From a bacterium (lineage in GTDB: Bacteria > Patescibacteriota > Minisyncoccia > Phycocordibacterales > UBA9973), in NCBI GenBank assembly GCA_037130055.1, contig JBAXTS010000002.1:1-61373 (forward strand): DNA of 61,373 nucleotides, in the 5' to 3' direction. A program made the position numbers and the translations under genes. The notes beneath the pieces were generated by a model. It ran no database searches. It was not told the DNA's origin and worked only from the letters and a program-made list of their open reading frames with translations. This document shows, one piece after another, positions 54,268 through 61,373 of this stretch; position 1 is the first letter of the stretch, and every line of letters begins with the position of its first letter.

Positions 54268-55143
54268 TTAAAAACTAGCTCGTATCTCTCCCATTTCTTC
54301 TTTGATTAATCCTTTTATTTCCATTACAGATAGAGTCGCATTTGCTTCTCCGGTCGGCATTTTCATTTTACGAATTAATTCATCACGCTCTAGTGGCTCG
54401 GTAAGCATTTTGAGTACTGTTTTTTCTTGCGGTAAAGCATCTTCAAAAAGACTTATTTGTTTACTCTCCTTATCTACCTTAAAGCCAAGTGCTTCGAGAA
54501 TATCATCACTGCAAGTTATAGGAGTAGCACCATTTTTTATGAGTCTATTCGTTCCTTTTGAAAAATCAGAATTTATTGGTCCAGGCACAGCCAATACATC
54601 TCTATTATAGTCTAGAGCCATACGTGCTGTAATTAGAGTGCCAGATTTTTCTTGTGCCTCTATTATAAGTGACGCCTTGGAAATTCCAGCGACTAGACGA
54701 TTGCGCATAGGAAAAGTATAGTAAGCGGCTTTTGTTTCTGGTTCAAACTCAGATATCAAGCATCCACCACTAGCAATAATTCTTCTCATCAATTTCATGT
54801 TTGGGTTATATGATAGAGACGTATCAGATATACCAGATCCTGGAAAAGCTACAGCAAGAAGCCCCGCATCAAGTGCTGCTTCGTGAGATAATGCATCGAT
54901 ACCCATGGCTAGACCAGAAACTATAGCTATAGGATATCCTTTTAATCCAGAAATTAATTTACGGACAACATCCTTTCCATAGGTGGTAGCTTTTCTGGAA
55001 CCAACTACTGCAAGATATATTGTGTCTTCTGGTGGCAGCACTCCCCATAGATAAAGTTTTTTAGGTGGCTGAGGTATTTCTAGTAAATCTTGGGGTATGT
55101 CATTTTCTACTAAAACTTTTAAATTATATTTCACACTTTTCAT
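54268..55143 (-). CDS. dprA: DNA processing protein DprA
   Basis: Rossmann-like DprA core (VVGSRKAT.YG...SGLAMGID...H); start set at ATG 55143. Confidence 0.9.
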   Translation of the reverse strand: MKSVKYNLKVLVENDIPQDLLEIPQPPKKLYLWGVLPPEDTIYLAVVGSRKATTYGKDVVRKLISGLKGYPIAIVSGLAMGIDALSHEAALDAGLLAVAFPGSGISDTSLSYNPNMKLMRRIIASGGCLISEFEPETKAAYYTFPMRNRLVAGISKASLIIEAQEKSGTLITARMALDYNRDVLAVPGPINSDFSKGTNRLIKNGATPITCSDDILEALGFKVDKESKQISLFEDALPQEKTVLKMLTEPLERDELIRKMKMPTGEANATLSVMEIKGLIKEEMGEIRASF

Positions 55144-55171
55144 TATAACAACAATAATATATAATACGAAT

Positions 55172-56482
55172 ATGTTAGATATTAAATTCATCCGTGAAAA
55201 TAAGGATATTGTTCAAGCAGGAGCAAAGAAAAAGCTCGTGGATGTTGATATTGAAAAATTACTCATATTAGACGATGAACGCCTCAAATTTCTCAAAGAG
55301 GTGGAAGAGCTAAGAGCTGAGGTGAATAAAGTTTCAAATGATATTGCTCGTAATCAGGATTCTGCACTCAAGATGCAGTTAATCAAGGAGATGAGTATTG
55401 TAAAAGAAGAGATAAAAACAAAAGAGGAAAAATTAAAGACAACAATGGAAGAGTGGCAGAAGCTAATGCTAAGAATACCAAATATCCCTTCCGTAGATAC
55501 TCCAGAGGGTTTAAATGAAACCGGCAATCAAATAATTAGAAGCTGGGGAGAAAAGCCACAGTTCTCTTTCGTACCGAAGGAACATTATGAACTAGGAAAA
55601 ATACTCGGAATAATCGACACCGAAACTGCAGCAGAAGTTTCTGGCTCAAGATATTCATATCTGAAGGGTGACTTAGTCATAATGCAGTTTGCTTTAATAC
55701 AAACCTGCCTAGAAATTTTAACCAATGAAGAGGTTTTAAAAAAAATAGCGGCAGATGCAAATATTTTGATAACAGCTTCAAAGTTTCTACCTGTGATTCC
55801 ACCAGTTTTTATCAGGCCTCTTGTGCAGGTAAAAATGGCTAGATATATGAAGCCGGAAGAGCATTATATGTTTCCTAATGATGATCTAATGTTAATAGGA
55901 AGCGCCGAACATACTTTGGGCTCAATGCATATGAATAAAATTTTTGATGAAAAAGATTTGCCTATTCGATATGCGGGATATTCAACAGCGTTTCGTAGAG
56001 AGGCGGGAGCTGCTGGAAAGGATACAAACGGAATATTGCGCCAACATCAGTTTGATAAGTTGGAAATGGAAGTATTTTCATTACCAGAAAATTCTATTCA
56101 AGAGCAAAATTTTCTCGTAGCAATCCAAGAACATATTTTAAAGACTTTAATGTTGCCATATCAGGTTGTCTTTGTCTGCACTGGTGACATGGGGTTTCCA
56201 GATAGTAGACAGATGGACATAGAGACATGGATGCCAGGTCAAAATAAATATAGAGAGACTCACAGTTCTGATTTTACTGGGGGGTTTCAATCTCGTCGTT
56301 TGAATACTAGAGTAAGGAGAAGTGATGGAAAGATTGAACACGTTCACATGAATGATGCTACTGTGGTGGCACTCGGGCGTACGCTCGTCGCAATTATTGA
56401 AAACTTTCAACAAGCAGATGGTTCAATAAAAATCCCAGAAGCTCTTAGAAAATATATGGGCAACAGGGAGTTTATTAAGTAG
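55172..56482 (+). CDS. serS: serine--tRNA ligase
   Basis: MLDIKFIREN N-terminal coiled coil and a class II core; start set at ATG 55172. Confidence 0.95.
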   Translation: MLDIKFIRENKDIVQAGAKKKLVDVDIEKLLILDDERLKFLKEVEELRAEVNKVSNDIARNQDSALKMQLIKEMSIVKEEIKTKEEKLKTTMEEWQKLMLRIPNIPSVDTPEGLNETGNQIIRSWGEKPQFSFVPKEHYELGKILGIIDTETAAEVSGSRYSYLKGDLVIMQFALIQTCLEILTNEEVLKKIAADANILITASKFLPVIPPVFIRPLVQVKMARYMKPEEHYMFPNDDLMLIGSAEHTLGSMHMNKIFDEKDLPIRYAGYSTAFRREAGAAGKDTNGILRQHQFDKLEMEVFSLPENSIQEQNFLVAIQEHILKTLMLPYQVVFVCTGDMGFPDSRQMDIETWMPGQNKYRETHSSDFTGGFQSRRLNTRVRRSDGKIEHVHMNDATVVALGRTLVAIIENFQQADGSIKIPEALRKYMGNREFIK

Positions 56483-56513
56483 AGGATCCATAATGGGTTA
56501 AATAGTAAATTAA

Positions 56514-57398
56514 ATGCAAAAATATAATGTTCTAAACTCTCCTCGCCTTATAGAACTAAAGAAACGTAGACAAAAAGCTTTTGTAAATAAAATTCTAATA
56601 TTTCTTTTTCTACTTATCACTATTCTTGTATTCTTGGCATATTTATCTAGGCTGGAGAGTCTAAATATTGTTGGTGTAGAAATAACTGGCAATAGAGTTA
56701 TAGACGCCAGTGCAATCAAAACAGAAGTCGAAAACAAGATTTCTGGAAAATACCTATGGGTTTTTCCGAAAACGAATATTTTGCTTTATCCTACAAACGA
56801 TATTAAAAATAATCTTCTTAATAAATTCAAGAGACTTAAAAATATAGTTTTATCAATCAAAAGCAACAAAAATTTATTAATATCAGTAACCGAACGAAAC
56901 GCTCTATATACATGGTGCGGAGTCAACCCTCCAGAGCAGGAAAACACTATCAACCAAAAATGTTATTTTACAGACGAAGATGGTTATATTTTTGACGAGG
57001 CTCCTTACTTTTCTGGTGATGTTTATTTCAAATTTTATGGGGCAATAAATTATATTAATTCTAGCTTCACAGAAAGTCCTCTGGGTTTATATTTTTATAA
57101 ACAAAATTTTGCTCAGTTTGCTGCTTTGCATGATGTTCTCGTGGGTCTAAAATTAAAACCAGTTGCATTACACATCACAAATAATAATGTGGTAGAAGTT
57201 TTATTAGAAAAAACATCTTTATCAAAGACTGAGCCGAAACTAATATTAAATGTTGATTCGAGTTTTGAGAGTGCTGCCGAAAACTTAGAGGCAGCACTGA
57301 CGGCAGAGCCACTCAAAACTGATTTTAAAAATAAATATTCTACACTTGAATACATTGATTTACGGTTCGGAAATAAGGTATATTACAAATTCAAATGA
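56514..57398 (+). CDS. FtsQ/DivIB-like POTRA-domain protein
   Basis: N-terminal transmembrane helix followed by a POTRA-like I.GVEI.GN..I....I pattern. Confidence 0.62.
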   Translation: MQKYNVLNSPRLIELKKRRQKAFVNKILIFLFLLITILVFLAYLSRLESLNIVGVEITGNRVIDASAIKTEVENKISGKYLWVFPKTNILLYPTNDIKNNLLNKFKRLKNIVLSIKSNKNLLISVTERNALYTWCGVNPPEQENTINQKCYFTDEDGYIFDEAPYFSGDVYFKFYGAINYINSSFTESPLGLYFYKQNFAQFAALHDVLVGLKLKPVALHITNNNVVEVLLEKTSLSKTEPKLILNVDSSFESAAENLEAALTAEPLKTDFKNKYSTLEYIDLRFGNKVYYKFK

Positions 57399-58390
57399 AT
57401 TTCTGGCAAAAACTAAATAAACCATTTTTCTGCCTTGCTCCAATGTCTGATGTTACAGATATTGCTTTTCGTTTTATATTAGCGAAGTACAGCAAAGATA
57501 GAGAAAACAAGGATAAAGTGGTCTTTTGGACTGAGTTTGTTGCCGCGGATGGACTTTGTAACAAGCTTGCTAAAAAGAAACTTACACATATATTAAAATT
57601 CTCCGAACGAGAAAGACCAATTGTCGCACAGGTTTTCGGCGCTAATCCTGAAAATATGAAGAAAGCTTGTCAGTATATTGCGAGTCTTGGTTTTGATGGG
57701 ATAGACATAAACATGGGTTGTCCAGACAAGTCAGTGGTTGCTCAAGGTGCAGGTTCGGCATTAATAAAAACTCCGGAACTCGCAAGGAAAATTATTCAGG
57801 CTGCTCATTCGGGGATAGAGGCTGCAGGGTTACATATTCCTGTATCTGTTAAGACAAGAGTTGGTTTCAATAAGGAAGATATTGATAACTGGATATGGGA
57901 ATTATTAAAAGAAGATATTGCTGCTCTCACTATTCATTTGCGGACAACAAAAGAATTATCACTTGTTCCTGCGCACTGGGATTATATAGAAAAAATTAAA
58001 AAGGTTATTAAAAAAAGTGGCAAAGATGTTTTGCTCATAGGAAACGGAGACATAGGTGACTTAAAAGATGCAGAAGAAAAAGCATTGAAGTATGGATGTG
58101 ATGGTGTCATGATAGGCCGTGGTGTGTTTGGTAACCCATGGTATTTTTCTTCGAAGGGGAACAAGGAAGTAACGACAGAAGAAAAGCTGAAGATTTTGAT
58201 CGAACACACACAAATTTTTGATAAAGAACTCTCCGTGCCAAAACACAAAAATTTTGCAACAATGAAAAAACATTTCAAAGCGTACGTGAATGATTTTTCT
58301 GGAGCAAAAGAACTCAGAGTGAAATTAATGGAAACCGAAAACGCTATACAGGTAGAAAAAATTATAAATGCTTTTTTGAGGAATAAATAA
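57395..58390 (+). CDS. tRNA-dihydrouridine synthase
   Basis: LAPMSDVTD..FR, the INMGCP catalytic Cys region, and a TIM-barrel Dus pattern. Confidence 0.9.
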   Translation: MNFWQKLNKPFFCLAPMSDVTDIAFRFILAKYSKDRENKDKVVFWTEFVAADGLCNKLAKKKLTHILKFSERERPIVAQVFGANPENMKKACQYIASLGFDGIDINMGCPDKSVVAQGAGSALIKTPELARKIIQAAHSGIEAAGLHIPVSVKTRVGFNKEDIDNWIWELLKEDIAALTIHLRTTKELSLVPAHWDYIEKIKKVIKKSGKDVLLIGNGDIGDLKDAEEKALKYGCDGVMIGRGVFGNPWYFSSKGNKEVTTEEKLKILIEHTQIFDKELSVPKHKNFATMKKHFKAYVNDFSGAKELRVKLMETENAIQVEKIINAFLRNK

Positions 58391-58494
58391 AAATTTGTCG
58401 CAGGCGTACTTTTTAGAATGCCTTGCGACCAGCTCTCGAGCCGAGCAGTTCGCTGGGCTAGTAGGCCCAGATAGATTGTATTATAAAAAGTATG
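58391..58494 (-). repeat. R-element copy 3 (short variant)
   Basis: Its reverse complement aligns with both ends of R1; the central AT-rich arm is replaced by GCTCGAGAGC; side hairpin CTGGGCCTACTAGCCCAG. Confidence 0.75.
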
Positions 58495-58527
58495 CCAAGA
58501 AAGAATTTTTATGATAAAATACTTTTT

Positions 58528-59568
58528 ATGCATGATTTAGCTTTATACAGGAAATATCGACCTAGTAAATTCAAGGAAGTTTTAGGTCAGGACCATATAG
58601 TAAGTGTACTTGAGAGCTCTGTGGAGACCAACAAGGTCTCTCATGCGTATCTCTTTGTTGGCTCACGTGGCACAGGTAAAACTTCCGTGGCTAGAATATT
58701 TGCGACAAACATTGGCGTATCAGTAAATGACCTATACGAAATAGACGCTGCTTCAAATAGAGGAATCGAAGACATGAAAGAACTACGTGATGGTGTTCGC
58801 GTTTTGCCTTTCAATTCAAAATACAAGGTTTATATCATAGACGAGGTGCACATGCTTTCCAAAGATGCTTGGGGCGCATTATTAAAGACATTGGAAGAGC
58901 CTCCAAAACATGTAATATTTATTCTTGCTACCACAGAGCTCCATAAAGTACCTGAGACAATTATTTCTCGTTGCCAAGTTTTTACATTTAAGAAGGCTTC
59001 TGATTCTGTTTGCAAGAAAATGCTGGTTGATGTTGCTAATAAAGAAGGTTTTGAATTAGATGCTGGCTCTGCAGAATTACTAGCAATTTTGGCCGACGGT
59101 TCATATAGAGATGCATTAGGTGAACTGCAAAAGGTTTTGAATTTTAGTAAAAATAAAAAAATTAAAAGAGAAGACATTGAGAAAATAACAGGCACACCAA
59201 AAACAACTTTAATAAATAATTTTATTTCTGCTATAGCCGAAAAAGATTTAGAAAAGGGAATCATGTCTGTAAAAACAGCATCAAACGCAAATCTTGATAT
59301 CAAACTATATTTCAAACTCATAATTCAGAAGTTTCGCATGGGTATAATTTTGCGATACGCTCCAAATTTAAAAAATGAGATGGTGGGGGATTTATCAGAG
59401 AGTGATTTAGAATTCTTGCAACAACTTGTAAAGAATGACAAAGAAGGCATGATTCGCTCAGGCGCATTATCTATCCTCCTTGACGCATATAAAAATATGG
59501 ATAATGCCTTTATATCCGAACTTCCACTTGAGTTAGCATTGGTAAAAATAATATCTCTTGAAAAATAA
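58528..59568 (+). CDS. dnaX: DNA polymerase III subunit gamma/tau (short form)
   Basis: YRKYRP, Walker A GSRGTGKTS, DEVHML. Start set at ATG 58528, because the track ATG 58492 lies inside the R repeat. Confidence 0.9.
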   Translation: MHDLALYRKYRPSKFKEVLGQDHIVSVLESSVETNKVSHAYLFVGSRGTGKTSVARIFATNIGVSVNDLYEIDAASNRGIEDMKELRDGVRVLPFNSKYKVYIIDEVHMLSKDAWGALLKTLEEPPKHVIFILATTELHKVPETIISRCQVFTFKKASDSVCKKMLVDVANKEGFELDAGSAELLAILADGSYRDALGELQKVLNFSKNKKIKREDIEKITGTPKTTLINNFISAIAEKDLEKGIMSVKTASNANLDIKLYFKLIIQKFRMGIILRYAPNLKNEMVGDLSESDLEFLQQLVKNDKEGMIRSGALSILLDAYKNMDNAFISELPLELALVKIISLEK

Positions 59569-59603
59569 ACATTTTTGATGTATCCTATAGTAGTTTACCA
59601 TAT

Positions 59604-59677
59604 TGGGGGATCGTCTAATGGTAGGACCGGAGCCTTTGAAGCTTCTAATTTTGGTTCGAATCCAAGTCCCCCAGCCA
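59604..59677 (+). tRNA. tRNA-Gln (anticodon UUG), CCA encoded
   Basis: Hand-folded: U1-A72 acceptor TGGGGGA/TCCCCCA, anticodon loop CTTTGAA, T-loop TTCGAAT, then GCCA. Confidence 0.9.
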
Positions 59678-61153
59678 AGTTTCAGAATTCGTTTTTTCGC
59701 CAAAATGCGGAGCGTCGCAAAGCGACGCGACGGGGGTTTCCGCCAGAATTCGCCAAGGGTTTTTGAAATCCAAAAGAAGCGAGCGGGACGCGAGGCGGGG
59801 GTTCGAGCCAATCTTTTTAAGAAAATCTCTTTTGGCTTCGAGATTTTCTTCGGAAGCGATAATTATGGCTTGGTTACTGTCTAAAATGAATTGACGAGAA
59901 AGTTCGAGCCAGCGATTGCCTTTTCGTTCAAAATCTTTCAATTTCTCTGAAAAATCAATCTTTTGGTTGAGGAGCTTTTGCTTCTTGCCAATATACTCCT
60001 CGCTCGTAATAGTGCTGTCCAAATGAGCGTCAAGAAGCCTGTCTAGTATCTCCTCAACACTTTTGATTTGATTTTTTAGATTTTGAACGAAAAGGGCGTC
60101 AGAGTGGAAACTGCTCGCTTGTCCTTTTTCGAGTTCAGCGAGCATGAATTCTTTCCACTCGGACGGCAAAGAAACTTTTTTGATAATGTCATTCGCTTGT
60201 GCGGCGAGGAATTCTTCGCGAATATATTTTTGTGTGCAGACACCTTTCTTTTTGGTGCAACGATAATACACATGACCTTTCTGCACTTCGCTTGTGATAC
60301 CACATCCACATTCTTCGCACAAAAATATTCCGCGAAAAACATGCTTGCTAATTCCTCGCTTCATCGGATGAGCGTTCCTCGCCGATACTTCCGCGCACTT
60401 ATCAAAAAGTTTCTTTGAAATCGCTGGCTCGTGCTTTCCTTGGTAAAGTTCTTTATTGAATAAAAACATTCCATAATAAAAAGGATTTTTCAATATCATC
60501 TGCGTGTTTGAAACAGTGAGAACTTTACCATTTTTAGACAGTAAGCCCTTTTGGGCGAGCAAATTCCTTGTATCTTTCAGAGAATAATTTCCAGTAGCGT
60601 AGACTTCGAACATTTTTCTGACGAGGCGAAATCTTTCAACATCGGGAATAATTTTCTTATTCAATTTATCATTCAAATATCCAGTCGGGGCTTGTCCGCT
60701 TTGTTCGCCTCGTCTTACTTTTTGTCGAAGTCCACGCTTCACATTCTCTGAAAGATTATCAACATAGTATTTGCTCTGCCCAAAAGCAATATTTAACATA
60801 AACTTACCTTGTGGCGTAGCGTCGAACCAAAATGTCGGGAATTTTAGCTCTTTAATAATGCCAAGGTCACACAGATAGATTATCTTTCCACCATCAATAC
60901 TGTTTCTCGCCAATCTATCGGGGTGCCAAGCTAAAATTCCTGACGCTTTGCCTTTTTCTATGAGCGAGAGCATATTGTTGAAAATAGGTCTGCCCGGCTC
61001 TTTGGCGGTCTGTGATTCAACGAAAGTTTCAACAATCTCCAACTGCTCTCGCTCGGCAAATTCTTTCAACTCGTCAATCTGCGACTCAATACTCAAAATC
61101 TGACGATCTGGCTCGTCGGTAGATTTACGAGCATATAGAAAGAATTTGTTCAT
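59645..61153 (-). CDS. large serine recombinase (resolvase/invertase N-terminal domain, recombinase domain and zinc ribbon)
   Basis: N-terminal YARKSTDEPDRQILSIESQ (catalytic Ser context), DRLARN, and a Cys cluster CEECGC...YYRC. The C-terminal roughly 55 codons are encoded by IR-L and the tRNA-Gln 3' end. Confidence 0.9.
   Translation of the reverse strand: MNKFFLYARKSTDEPDRQILSIESQIDELKEFAEREQLEIVETFVESQTAKEPGRPIFNNMLSLIEKGKASGILAWHPDRLARNSIDGGKIIYLCDLGIIKELKFPTFWFDATPQGKFMLNIAFGQSKYYVDNLSENVKRGLRQKVRRGEQSGQAPTGYLNDKLNKKIIPDVERFRLVRKMFEVYATGNYSLKDTRNLLAQKGLLSKNGKVLTVSNTQMILKNPFYYGMFLFNKELYQGKHEPAISKKLFDKCAEVSARNAHPMKRGISKHVFRGIFLCEECGCGITSEVQKGHVYYRCTKKKGVCTQKYIREEFLAAQANDIIKKVSLPSEWKEFMLAELEKGQASSFHSDALFVQNLKNQIKSVEEILDRLLDAHLDSTITSEEYIGKKQKLLNQKIDFSEKLKDFERKGNRWLELSRQFILDSNQAIIIASEENLEAKRDFLKKIGSNPRLASRSLLLDFKNPWRILAETPVASLCDAPHFGEKTNSETWLGDLDSNQN
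59672..59803. repeat. inverted repeat, left copy (IR-L)
   Basis: Perfect match to the reverse complement of 61239-61370, checked base by base. It starts in the last 6 nt of tRNA-Gln (CAGCCA) and contains the hairpin GCGTCGC-AAA-GCGACGC. Confidence 0.9.
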
Positions 61154-61238
61154 AGAAAAAGGTTTATGTTAAATATTGATAATTATTCGCTTCCAGATTG
61201 GCTCGCAAAACGAAGTTTTGAATGATGTACTCATCATA

Positions 61239-61370
61239 AACCCCCGCCTCGCGTCCCGCTCGCTTCTTTTGGATTTCAAAAACCCTTGGCGAATTCTGGC
61301 GGAAACCCCCGTCGCGTCGCTTTGCGACGCTCCGCATTTTGGCGAAAAAACGAATTCTGAAACTTGGCTG
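61239..61370. repeat. inverted repeat, right copy (IR-R)
   Basis: Reverse complement of 59672-59803; the window ends 3 nt later. Confidence 0.9.
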
Positions 61371-61373
61371 TGT

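Larger units (their letters stand above)
59672..61370. mobile_element. serine-recombinase module bracketed by 132-bp perfect inverted repeats (candidate invertible or mobile unit)
   Basis: IR-L at 59672-59803 is the exact reverse complement of IR-R at 61239-61370. The 1435-bp interior holds most of the recombinase gene. Confidence 0.6.

Noticed and set aside
59805-61204. 10-mer GAGCCAATCT present just inside both ends of the recombinase segment (59805 and, reversed, about 61195) as an inner recombination site
   Set aside because: The two copies lie at different distances from the inverted repeats. It is a single short match and cannot be evaluated without more copies.

Overview
AT-rich chromosomal segment (roughly mid-30s % G+C by eye, not computed). 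Gene content and compact layout suggest a small-genome Patescibacteria/CPR-type bacterium; this placement is inference. The backbone is housekeeping: trxB, ftsA-ftsZ, ybeY, rpsU, greA, lysS, mraZ-rsmH-ftsL-ftsI-murF, rmuC, obg, gatB, class I aldolase, rplY, rpmE, prfA, a complete F1Fo ATP synthase operon, rsmI, priA, mreB, holB, frr, rseP, ddl, alr, rpmG, yhhQ, miaA, murA, parB, rel, topA, dprA, serS, ftsQ-like, dus and dnaX. There are five tRNAs (Glu-CUC, Ile-GAU, Trp-CCA, Leu-CAA, Gln-UUG). I found no rRNA and no CRISPR array.

The unusual content sits on top of this backbone:
1. Six short islets of clearly higher G+C (about 55% by hand count for 12275-12547). Each is a self-contained unit with a sigma70-like promoter, a strong Shine-Dalgarno, one or two small mostly unrecognisable ORFs and a GC-rich terminator. 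They sit between housekeeping genes that mostly lack a Shine-Dalgarno.
2. Two of these islets form a stacked array at the 3' end of tRNA-Glu. They are separated by degenerate copies of the tRNA 3' end and share a homologous backbone with different cargo.
3. A large serine recombinase gene is bracketed by perfect 132-bp inverted repeats that start inside the 3' end of tRNA-Gln.
4. There are several dispersed repeat families: a GC-rich palindromic element inserted in frame in atpG and rsmI, a roughly 150-bp MITE-like element in three copies, a roughly 115-bp promoter/leader module shared by mraZ and topA, and heptanucleotide tandem repeats just upstream of several start codons.
5. tRNA-derived pseudo-fragments lie next to tRNA-Ile and tRNA-Leu.
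6. There are oddities in housekeeping proteins: an XRE-HTH fused to MurA, and PriA without Walker A or DEEH motifs.

All functional calls rest on motif and family recognition by eye. No database search was run.
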